Source: Azolla caroliniana
Taxonomy: Eukaryota; Plantae; Polypodiophyta
Assembly (NCBI GenBank): GCA_043228905.1
Contig: JBHGNT010000002.1
Location: 10,106,001 to 10,170,000 of the forward strand
Length of the DNA stretch: 64,000 bases
Direction: 5' to 3'
Position 1 is the first letter of the stretch, and each line of letters starts with the position of its first letter. Shown here piece after piece: positions 12,986 through 23,506 of this stretch. A model generated the notes under the pieces. That model was not told where the DNA came from. It saw only the letters and a program-made list of their open reading frames with translations, and made no database searches. The position numbers and the translations under genes were made by a program.

Positions 12986-14545
12986 ATGTGATGATTGTGA
13001 AGATAGCTCAAGTCCACGACGTCCTCTATTTCGCTGATGATGTCGTTAAATGAGGCTTCTTCCATAATATGAGTCATGAACTCTTCTTCTTCTATTATGT
13101 TTTCTTCTTTCACCATCTTCTCGAAGTTTTGTATCCGATGCTTGTCCTTCTTGTGGGGTAGTACTAGTTTACATGTGCCACTAGGTGTGACACATGTTGC
13201 TTCTCCTCGCAATCCACGCACTATACTTTCTTGTGGGGACTTGCGATTGCTCGGACTATTTGTGCCCCATGCTTCAATAGTCCGCTCTAAAAATCCGGGG
13301 ATTCGCCTCCAAGACTATCTTGATTTCTTTCATGATTAGCTCGCACCGTTAGGAATTGGACCGACCTTTGGTTGTCAAGACTCTTTATTTGTGCGAAGGT
13401 TGCTCCATTATCGAACACTTTGGTCTCCATCCGAGATGATGTGATATACGGTTGTCCTAGGATGACAGGATGCGACACCGAATCTTGCACGAAGAAGTGT
13501 TGATCCATCGCTACATCCCCGATCGTGACGTTAACATTGGGACAAGCTTCGTAAAAGTCCCCCGTAGTCTTTGTTGCCGCGCGAATCTTCCATCCGTGAT
13601 TTGTATTGATTGGCCATCTTCCTTTTTTGTAGAAGTTGGTTGAAATGAGGTTGATCTCCTAGCTGTGGTCGATCAAGGTTACCACGGTCTCTTTCTTCTC
13701 CCCAATCTTCACCGGTGTCTCCGTTGTCACTCGTGCCCAATGAAGTCGAGTATAGTGGTTGTCCACCATATCTTCATTGACTTCGTCTCTTGCCATCGTT
13801 ATGGCATTCGTTTTTGCTTTTTGCGGCTTCTCTTCTTCCTCGTCCAATTGTTGTCTTTTTCTCTTTACAAGGTCCACGATCGTGTCATGGAATTCCTTCT
13901 AATGCCAAGCAATTCACTCAAGGAAAAAGTCACGTGGCTATCAAGAACACGTTCTTCGAGAATCTTCTTTAGTTCCGTCATCTACTTTATATCTGACCTT
14001 AGCTTATAGGTAGGCATAGCCCTTGTCCTCCGAGCGGGGTCTTCGACACCAATCTTCACGGGCCGAACCGTTTCTTCGACTCGTTTGCTCAACTCCGCTT
14101 TTCGGCTTGCGTCTCCTTCCTCCATTTGCAAGGGTCGACTCGTCTCTGCATCTTCTTTCTTTTTCGCGTTCCTTGTTTCATGTCTTTTTGATGGGCCTTG
14201 CTCTTCTATTCTTTTTCTCTTTTCTTCAACGAACACCTCGTGGTTGTCGCACATCACTTCCGCGAGTATAGTGTTGTCATCTACCGGATTCGACCATCCG
14301 GTTATACTTTGCACGCTTCGGTTCGCAAGCTCCACCTCATTCGATGTGACCTTCCCCATCTTCTCATACTCGAGAACGGAAGACCAAAACTTTGCTCCCA
14401 CTTTTGCAACTTCATTTTTGTCTTTCCGGACTCTTATTCCGGCCTTTGCAACATAGTGCATCGCATCCACATGAGTCGCCTCAGCATCTTCCATAGATTT
14501 CTTCATTCCCCCTCTTTCGAAATTCACCCATAGGGATCTTCGAGT

Positions 14546-15532
14546 TTAAGTCGAGCAAATCATGTTGTCCTCTATGTATACGATATTTTGTCGGATCGCC
14601 TCTCGAAGGCTCGCGCAATCCCTTCTCATGTGGTCCATGCTATCGCACCACACGCATCTAAAGGGTTCTTTTCCTTTGGGGCCCCGAAAATTCATGTTTG
14701 CTAGCGTCACATTCTCGAACTTCTTCGCTAGCTCTTCGATGATGTCGTCATCAATCTTCTTTTCTTTCGGACTGCTTTGTTTGGGCGGCTCAACTACTTT
14801 CGGTTGTCTTGTTTTCTCTGCAACAATCGATTCCGCCAAGTCGGTGTCATCAACCCACTGACAACGCTTGTCGAGCCTATTGCATGCTCGCTTTACCGCA
14901 ACCCAGTCTGCCACAAGCCCGTTCGCTTGGGTATCATCTTCGAGAAGAGTCCCCAATTCTTGTCTATCCTTCATGTCCACAGCTTTCAAGAAGTACAAAG
15001 TCTTGTCCTCTTCAAGCAGCACTTGGTCCGTGTTGGGGAGACGACTAAACATCTGGTCGAATTCGTCGTACACCCTCGAGGCGCGCATCTTCTTATTCTT
15101 CTTTTCTATCCACTTCATCAAGGGATGTCGAGTCATCCTTGTTGAATCTTCAGTCACGAACTCTGCTAATATCGCTTTCTCAAACTCAGACCATGTTATC
15201 TTACCTTCTTGAAGTTCGATGACGCGTCTTTGGATGTTGCTAGCGACCACCCTCTTGAAACTCGTGATTTGCCGTGCTTCAGACACGTCTCTTTGATTCA
15301 TCTCCCTTTTGCATGCGTCAAGGAACTTCGTAACGTTCCTTCCATCAAATTGACCCTCGAGCTCTATGACACGGTCAACGGCCTTCTCTACGCTCGCATC
15401 GTTGTCTCGAGATCTCATCATTTGTTCAACGATTATCATCATCCTTTCGAACTCTCCCACTTGGTTGCTTGAGGATGCCATCTCCAAGTATTGGTTGATC
15501 CTCGATTTGATCCTTCCTGCTACATCATTCAC
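14546..15532 (-). CDS. Gag of gypsy D with CCHC zinc knuckle
   Basis: FDGRNVTKFL capsid-type motif; CVWCDSMDHMRRDC; starts next to the PBS. Confidence 0.82.
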   Translation of the reverse strand: MNDVAGRIKSRINQYLEMASSSNQVGEFERMMIIVEQMMRSRDNDASVEKAVDRVIELEGQFDGRNVTKFLDACKREMNQRDVSEARQITSFKRVVASNIQRRVIELQEGKITWSEFEKAILAEFVTEDSTRMTRHPLMKWIEKKNKKMRASRVYDEFDQMFSRLPNTDQVLLEEDKTLYFLKAVDMKDRQELGTLLEDDTQANGLVADWVAVKRACNRLDKRCQWVDDTDLAESIVAEKTRQPKVVEPPKQSSPKEKKIDDDIIEELAKKFENVTLANMNFRGPKGKEPFRCVWCDSMDHMRRDCASLREAIRQNIVYIEDNMICST

Positions 15533-15545
15533 GTCGGGTTCACCA
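15528..15545 (-). promoter_or_regulatory. Primer-binding site of D, complementary to tRNA-Trp 3' end
   Basis: Minus strand TGGTGAACCCGACGTGAA, 8 nt inside the LTR; matches plant cytosolic tRNA-Trp 3' end (TTCACGTCGGGTTCACCA) as recalled. Confidence 0.85.
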
Positions 15546-16870
15546 CTTAATTATGTCGTGAAGATCCGTCACTACACGCGGATCGTGAGGCGGAACCGCC
15601 GGGGTTCTGGACCGGAAGGACTCGAAGTTGGCACTAGCTTTAGCGAGAAAGGATTTAAGATAGATTGAAAGAGAGAGAAATTGAGATTAAACGCTTGACT
15701 TTAGATTGACGGAGATTGAAATGGAGAGAGAGATTAAGATTGAACTTTTAACTTTTAGGTTTAAGAATCAAGATATATCATCAATTGGATTACAAGTCTC
15801 TTATTTGATCATCCAAAAATTTTACCTTTCCTTTCATCTTTTTCCTCCCCTCTTTTATAGATGCCCTCATGCATTTGAGGGTACAAGACATGCATAAAAT
15901 GCATGTTTGCCATTTGGTGCTCATGTATTACATGTGGTGCATGATAACCACGTCACTCATTTAAGGTCTCATGTATGAGAATTTATATGTAAATCTATAA
16001 TGACAAAAATATTATTTTATGAAAATATCTTGGCTTAGTGGTAAGCCTATAGACCCTCAACTTGGAGGTTCAAGGTTCTAATCTACACTTGCACTCCTTG
16101 TGTATATGTATATATTTATTTATTTATTTATATATCTATCCGGCCGCCGGATGCCGGTTATCGCCGTCTCACCGGCTCCGTCGCCGATCCAGGTTTGGTT
16201 GGCCAAAACCTTTGCAAGTATCCAGGTCATACCCATTAATCCAATAGCTTACTTCAAGTCACCTTGAACTCTCTATGCTCCACACATAGACACAAAGATA
16301 ATAGCTTTTGCTCTACCTTATATATGGTGAGATCCTTATTTCCTGTCTATGTGGGATATCTCATAATTTTATTTTTCTCTTTGTCTTTGCAAACTTCCTA
16401 CCCACATAAGTTGACACTGACATGTCTGTTTCTTATGTAGTAAAGTGCATCCGAAAGCTCTTCAAGACCTCCATCCTTTTGTAGTTTTATGTGATTTTCA
16501 CACCATTGTCGAAAATCTTCACGACAACGTGAAATAACCTTTGTATGTGGGATATCTACTTTTCTAACACTTATGATGTGTTACTATAATGGTAATGCTA
16601 CAAATTATTAACATGGAGGTATAAGTTTGAATCTTGCCCTATGGATGTAATATATATTTTAATATTTTCTTCTATTTCTTCATATTTATTGAATCAGGTA
16701 CTCCATACATTTTTCACGTAGTGTACGAAATACATTGCAACATTCGCCCCCTCCGAACCCGCACATCCTCCAGTATCTACCGAAGTTGTTGGAGCTCGCT
16801 ATTCTCCTGTATGTGTAGTACCCTCAGTTTCTCCCATTGTGTCGACTTTGTCTCTCCATTTTTTGCACAT

Positions 16871-19800
16871 CTATTCTTTCCACCCGAACCATTGTCGCCA
16901 TCCAATCCACCATATTCTTCGTTCACTCTTTGCATTGCCATGACCAGTTGTCATGCCTCTTTGTGCTCCTCTTGAGCATAACCCTTCATGTATCATGCAT
17001 GTGCCACCTTCGTTCCAACCGTCTCCTTGGTCAAGGCACTCTGCACTTCGTCCACCTTCGTTGTACAATCTCGCATTAGAGTTTACGTTCTTCACGTTAG
17101 AGCCCTCCTTCTTTGTTGAGATCTCATCGTTAGTAACACCCTTCAAATCCACTTGGCCCTTGTCGTCCATGGTAGTGCGCCTACTTGGCCTCTTCCTTGT
17201 CTTCATCAACCTCGACTTCTTTCCGAATCAGTCTCGTCTGATCGGCTTTCGGTTGGATCGGCTTTCGTTTGGATTTATATTCGACTGAATCGGACTGGGG
17301 TGATCGGTTTTGACCAAGTCATCCCCCTTCTGGTTTGACCGATCAGTTTTCGTCCGAGTTTCCTTCCGTTTCCTCGTGTGCACCGGCCTCAACCAGTTCG
17401 ACTTCCGGCTTCTTTTTGGATCGGTCTCGTCTGATCGGTTTCCGGCTAGAACGATTTCTGTCCGGGTCGGGCTTGACCGATCGGATTTCGGCCGAATCCA
17501 CTTCCGCATGGATTGGCTTTCGTTTTAGCCGGAATTCCGGCGTGATCATCTTCCATCTGAGCCCACTTCCGAATTTACGTTCCTTGCTACCACCTACCGT
17601 CTCTCCTGTCTCACGTTCGTTCTCGGACACAACCGCCGAAGTCTCTAGAATAATTGGGCAAGAATCCTCGATATTACCGTCCTCTATCGTTTCGCCCATA
17701 GCCACCTTCTCGACTATCTCTCCGTCGTATGCATCACCTTCGACCTTCGTTTTCTCTCCGCCACCTTCCGTCTCTTCGGTCTCACGTTGCTTATCGAACA
17801 CAACCGCCGAAGTCTTTGGCATTAGTGGTGGGAAAGTCTTGACACGACCATTTGCCATTGACTCGTCCATAGCCACCTCTAATTCGATTTCATCTTTCAT
17901 GGCTACCTCAATCACGTCCGCCTCACGCTCTTTATCTCCCTCGATCATGCAAACATTGATTATGCTTACCCCTTCTTCACTTGATGTTTCAAACACTTGT
18001 GTCCCGAAGCCTTCTTCCACCCTTGAAGTGGTGTTCGCCACTCTCAAGTCATCGGCCTTATGCTTGGCCGTGATTCTTTCACAAGACAAGAGGATGTCTT
18101 GTTCCACAACCTCTCCCATGGTACCATTGTATCATATTTTGGCCTTCATATCGGCCACATCGTTCTTCCTCAATCGAACATCCCTTATGGGCCATGTTGT
18201 TGCCGACAAGATTCTCGTCTTCCTCTTATCTTGTCTTCATCATACTCTTTCGACTTCGGCCCAATCCTCGGTGATGCCATTTGTACCATCATCATTTTCA
18301 AGTTCGATCTTGATGGCCATCCTTTCCCTTCGATCGATTGATCTTACAAACATTCAGACTTTATCCATCCCCACCAATCGTTGTTCCTGCTCCGAGAGTT
18401 GAGCAAAATGATACTTGAACTCTAGGAATGTTTGTGTCGTGCTTTGGTGGATCTTCGCTAGTGCCACCCACTGGTCAAATTCAGGTCTGTTGTCATGTCA
18501 TGATTCGAACTCTTGACCTATTGTATTTAATGGATATGTTTTAACCAATACATCCAATACATAACCATGTTTAAGGTAGGTTATCTATTCTAGATATGTT
18601 TTAACCTTACCAGATTATTGTAGATTATGTATTCTACATGTTGCCCCATGCAAAGACTCATTTTCATGTGCAAGCTTCTAGAATGTTCTAGCTTCTGGAG
18701 CTTTCTGGAATGTTATCTCCCCCTAGGGCATCACGATGGATCCAAGGAAAATAAAGAAAATTCAAGAATGGGCCACTCCAAAACAAGTAAAGGATGTCCA
18801 GTTGTTCCTTGGTTTCGCAAATTTCTATCGGCGATTTATCAAGGGGTTCTTCGTCATAGTCCAACCCTTGATTGAGCTTACTCGTAAAGGGATCTCGTTT
18901 CAATGGACTCCATCTACTCAACACACCTTTGAACTACTCAAGGAAGTTTTTACCCGGGCTCCAGTCCTCCTTCACGTCGACCCTACTAAGCCTCTGACTT
19001 TGCCATTGGTGCCATCTTATCCCAACCCGATGATGATGGCATCCTACATCCAATGGCGTACTACTCCGAAAAATTCACAGATCCAAAAATCAATTATCCC
19101 ATCTATGACAAGGAACTCGCGACTATAGTGGCAGCTTTCACGGAGTGGAGACCTTACTTGGTTGGGGCGCAACATCGGGTTTAGGTATTAACTTGGTTGC
19201 TTAAACCAGATCAATTCCAGCTCTTTGCCACATGCATGCTCCATGATGACTCTTTGCATGAGGAGATAGCCAAAGCACTTCCCACCGACAAATTCGCCAA
19301 CGCAATTCAGGAAGGTCTTATTGATCCGTCTGAATCCAAGACCAAGGAAGTCCGTGACCGCTTCAGATTTGAGGGGGGATGGCTTTATCGAGACCAACCC
19401 TTATATGTTCCGGAGGGCCGATGTCGAACTCAAGTTCTCCAAAAGTGTCATGATGACCCCTTGGCTGGTCATTTTGGCTTTACAAAGATACTCGAATTAA
19501 TCTCACGATATTGGTGGCCTCAACCATGGAAGTTCGTCAAGGAATTGATCAAGACATTTGATACTTGTGCTAAATCCAAAGTTGTCCACCATAGGCCATA
19601 TGGCTTGCTCCAACCACTTCCCATTCCCAAATGGCCTTGGGCATCAATTTCCATGGATTTCATCACTAACTTGCCTCTTGTCCACAGATATGACACAATG
19701 CTCATCATGGTAGATCGGTTTACAAAGATGGCTCATTTTGGCCCTTGTGCAAAGACTTTTTCACCAGAAGCAACAATCGATCTATTTTTAAAGAATGTGG

Positions 19801-21353
19801 TGCGGCTTCATGGGGTCCTAGATGATATCACCTTAGATCGTGGACCCCAATTTGTCTCTCATTTTTGGCGGCGGCTCCTTCAAACATTGGATGCAATAGT
19901 GAATTTGTCTTCATCCTATCATCCTCAAACCGATGGCCAAACGGATTAGCTACCAGCAAGATGATTGGTTGACCTCCTACCCTTGGCAGAGTTCACATAT
20001 AATAATACGCTACATGGTTCAACTGGGGTCACCCCATTTTTCGCCAACTATGGCTTTCATCCTCGCTGATCGACATCGTTCCGCTACACCCGCCTTTGCA
20101 GTTGGTGATCAAGTTTGGTTCTTATGTCGCCATGTCGATACTACTCGGCCTTGCAAAAAGTTGGATTACAAGAAGTTGGGGCCTTTCTGCATCATTGAGT
20201 GTGTCAATCCCGTCACTTTCCGACTAGAACTTCCTCCACATTTCCGGATTCATAATGCCTTCCATGCCTCTCTTGTCAAACCTTATCATCCATCCACTAT
20301 TCTTGGAAGACACTCTCCACCTCCACCTCCAATTGAGCTTTCCACAGGTGAGGAGTATGAGGTGGACAAGATTCTGGACTCTCGTTGGCATCGATGACAA
20401 CTTCAATATTTAGTCCTATGGAAAGGGTATCCCATTTCAGACGCAACTTGGGAACCAACCCAACACTTGGAGAATACACCAGATGTTGTTCATGTATTTC
20501 ATCACCGATATCCACAAAAACAGGGGAGGCATCTTCTGAGGCGGCCTTAGCAGGGGGATAATGTCATGGACATGACAATAGTCATGTCATGATTCGAACT
20601 CATTTGACCTACTGTATTTAATCGATGTGTTTTAACCAATACATCCAATACATAATCATGTTACTTTACTACATTATTGTAGATTATCTATTCTACAAGT
20701 AGGATTTTAGAAGCTTCCAAAAAGCTCCAGAAGCTAGAACATTCTAGAAGCTTGTACATGAAAATGAGTCTTTGCATGGGGTTACATTTAGAGCCCATAG
20801 ACATGTATAAATACAGGGGTTCACCTTGGCCTTAGTCAAGGTGAACAACACCAGTTACGGAATCATAATTCAATTCTTGTTCTCTTGACTACTTTCTCTC
20901 TCTCTTTCTTATTATCTTGTTTATGATCTCTCTCTCATTCTCTTAGTATTGAGCTTCGTCTACTTGTCTGTGACAACGTCGATGTTTTGCCTTTGGTCTC
21001 TCGTAATCATATGCTTCCAATATAGCTTTGAAGGACATCCACATCGAGTTTTGTTGTTGTATCTTGTGGATGCTCTCTTACAACTCATCCGAGACGACTC
21101 AATTGAAGGATATGACTTGTAGTCACATCGCATCATCGCATCTCCACATCACATCGCATCATCTCCACCTTGTAGTCACATAAATAGCATGACACATCCT
21201 TTCCGTCATATTGCCTGTTTCTTTGCACAAGCTGCTTTACTGCCGTCGCGATCCCCAACATCGCGCCTTGTTCTTGTAGCATCCGCTCGAACATCATCAT
21301 CATCATGTTCATCGCCTCTTCTGATTCTCCATCTCCTTACCGCCCCGCCCGTC
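16871..21353 (-). pseudogene. Decayed gag of element A with acidic, repetitive C-terminal extension; split by G
   Basis: Manual translation: LQVISFN*VV...WMSFKAILEAY (~21000-21125) and FDQWV...DKV*MFVRSIDRRER...NGITEDWAEVER (~18245-18488) align with D gag; E/K-rich ORF 17343-18119 with ~170-bp internal duplication. Confidence 0.7.
18491..20975 (+). mobile_element. Element G: deleted Tcn1-like chromovirus (partial 5' LTR, RH, INT, chromodomain, PPT, 3' LTR 20562-20975)
   Basis: FLGFANFYRRFI, HDDPLAGHFG, ISMDFIT, YHPQTDGQ, EYEVDKILDSR...YLVLWKGY..SDATWEP; PPT AGGGGGATAA before TGTCA; LTR homology 18491-18640 with 20581-20700. Confidence 0.88.
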
Positions 21354-21371
21354 TTCACGTCGGGTTCACCA
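21354..21371 (-). promoter_or_regulatory. Primer-binding site of A (tRNA-Trp), identical to that of D
   Basis: TTCACGTCGGGTTCACCA on +, 4 nt from the LTR start at 21376. Confidence 0.85.
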
Positions 21372-23434
21372 AATGTGTCATGCCTTTCTGCGCCAAACTG
21401 TTGCGTGAGTCAGGTGGGAACCGTTGGGGTTTTGGACTAGGAGGAGGAGAATTCTAAAATAGATAGGAATGTGAATAGATAGCTTGTAAGAAAGAGATAA
21501 AAATTCGTGAATCCCACGAATATAATGAATAGCTTGACTTAATAATTTAAAATCATTGTAATAAATTGAAATAGTTTAGAATTGATTAGAGTAGATTGAG
21601 AAAAGAGATCAAAACTTGTGAATCCCACAAGTATTACATTAATCAATATTTAGAATGTAATAAAAAAACCCCAAGAATCAAGCATCTCAATACATCTTTC
21701 TCTTCCCTTCATATAGTGACGGAAGAGGCGAAGTATATCTTACCACATGGAAATCATCATGCTTTTTCTAAAGTGTTCATGCACACTAGATGTGTATGAA
21801 TAACTTTTCCTATTATGCTTTTTCTTCTAATAATAATGTTCATGCATGTGAGATGTGCATGAATAGCTTTTTCGATCATGCATTTTCTTCTAACTAAAGT
21901 TTTATGCACTCTACGTGTAAATGTACCTTTTCCTAAAAAATATATGTGAGATAACCTTTGTATGTGGGATATCTACTATTTTAATACTTGTGTTGTTTTA
22001 GTATAACAGTAAAGCTACACATTATTAAGATGGAGGTACATTTTTTAATCTTGCCCTATGCATGTAATATATATTTTAATATTATCTTTTATTTCCTCAT
22101 ATTTATTGAATCGGGCACTCCATACATTTTTCACGTAGTGTACGAAATGCACTACGACAATTTTTCCTTTTTCTCTCCCTTTAGATTTCAAGGTCTTTGG
22201 CGTCTTCGATGGTCCGACCATATCATTCGTGCACTATACAACAATAATGATCAACTACTACAACTTAAAGTTTCCCTTGTTTATATACTACAACAACTTT
22301 CTGGCTATTTACAAGTATAGCCCACAAGGAGCATATTTGGACTATCTACAAATATAGTCTCCCGATTTGGAAATCGATTTCAGCTCATCCCATCTAGAGG
22401 GACCTGGTTTTCCCAACAGAATGTCGTAGTATACTTTGTATACTACAAGAAATATATACGGAGTACTTGATTAACTAAATATAAAGAAATAGGAGAAACC
22501 ACTAAAATAATTATGTTACATGCATAGGGCAAGATTTGAACCATGTACCTCTATGTTAATAATTTCAAGCCTTAACATTATGAGTATTAAAGTTATATAA
22601 AAGTTTATCCCTTGTAAATATTCTAGATAAGCATGATAGAAAAAGTTATCCATGCATACACACTCGAGTTAAATGAAAAAGTATGATAGAAAAAGCTAAT
22701 CATGGACATGTTGTGTGCATGAACACTTGAGTTAAAGGAAAAACATGATAGAAAAAGCTAATCATGGACATGTAGTGTGCATGAACACTTGAGTTAGAAA
22801 AAGCCATGATGCTTGCATGTGGTAAACGTAGACTCTCCCATCACTATATAAGGATGGCGAAGCAAATTGTAAGGGGTTGTCAATTTTTGGGTTTTCTAAA
22901 TATTGATTGAATACATTATATACGTGTGTTTCACGATGTTCTTCTATCTCTCTTCCCATCTATTGAAAGATTTGGATTGATTCTTGAATTCTTAATAATA
23001 ATTATTCTAATTCATTATACTTGTGAAATTGTTGAGAGACAAGCTCAACATCGGTCGGATCGGCTGAAGAAGCCGAGGACCGGATCGGTTGGGACCGATC
23101 GGTTAGGCCGAGTGCGTAAACCAGGAGGCAGTTAGGAAAGATATTCCGTGAGGAATATATTTGGGAGTTAGTGTAGGAGCTCTTAAAGAGCATTGAAGTA
23201 TGGTCATTACTTTGGTCAGTACTTCGAGGACTTGTATAAAAGTGTTCATGGAACACACATATGTATAGAGTAGTGAATCGAGATCTTTTGTTGAATATAG
23301 TTCTTGTGTTTTTTCTCTCTCTCTCTCTCTCTGTCTCTCCCGCATATATTGCGTAAGCTCAAGCTCTCCATTAAACCTGAGTCTTCTTCCTTCTGTTCGG
23401 TCTTCATACTTGCTTCTACACGTTACTTTTTACA

Positions 23435-23446
23435 TGGTATCAGAGC
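23435..23446 (+). promoter_or_regulatory. PBS of E (tRNA-iMet)
   Basis: TGGTATCAGAGC immediately after the 5' LTR. Confidence 0.95.
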
Positions 23447-23506
23447 GTGAGGGTTGAGAACCTCTCTACAGCCGACATAGCTTGACGAAGAAGAACAAGA
23501 AGAACG

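Larger units (their letters stand above)
11095..16526 (-). mobile_element. Element D: 3'-truncated Ty3/gypsy (5' LTR 15554-16526, PBS, gag, PR, RT)
   Basis: LTR with 12-bp terminal inverted repeat TGTCGTGAAGAT/ATCTTCACGACA; gag 14546-15532 and 13982-14527; PR remnant LIDHS near 13670; RT WFTVPKKNG...LPQG...FLDD in ORF 10744-12288. Confidence 0.88.
5090..22159 (-). mobile_element. Element A: gag-only non-autonomous LTR retrotransposon. 5' LTR 21376-22159; 3' LTR split into 5090-5594 and 16527-16742 by ~11 kb of nested elements
   Basis: LTR termini TGTC(A/G)TG...ACGACA/GCAACA; PBS 21354-21371; PPT GGAGGGGGCGAA (minus) at 16743-16754; decayed gag homologous to D gag; no pol. No matching TSD, so pairing of the two LTRs is inferred. 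Confidence 0.7.

Noticed and set aside
17335-18402. 355-aa Ser-rich ORF on +
   Set aside because: Antisense shadow of the E/K-rich gag extension of A; the same applies to most short ORFs opposite pol genes
5085-22164. TSDs for family A LTRs and for G
   Set aside because: Flanks do not match (TCCGG/ATTTT, CACGT/ATGTG, CAGAA/TTGGT, TCTGT/ACGTC), so none is claimed
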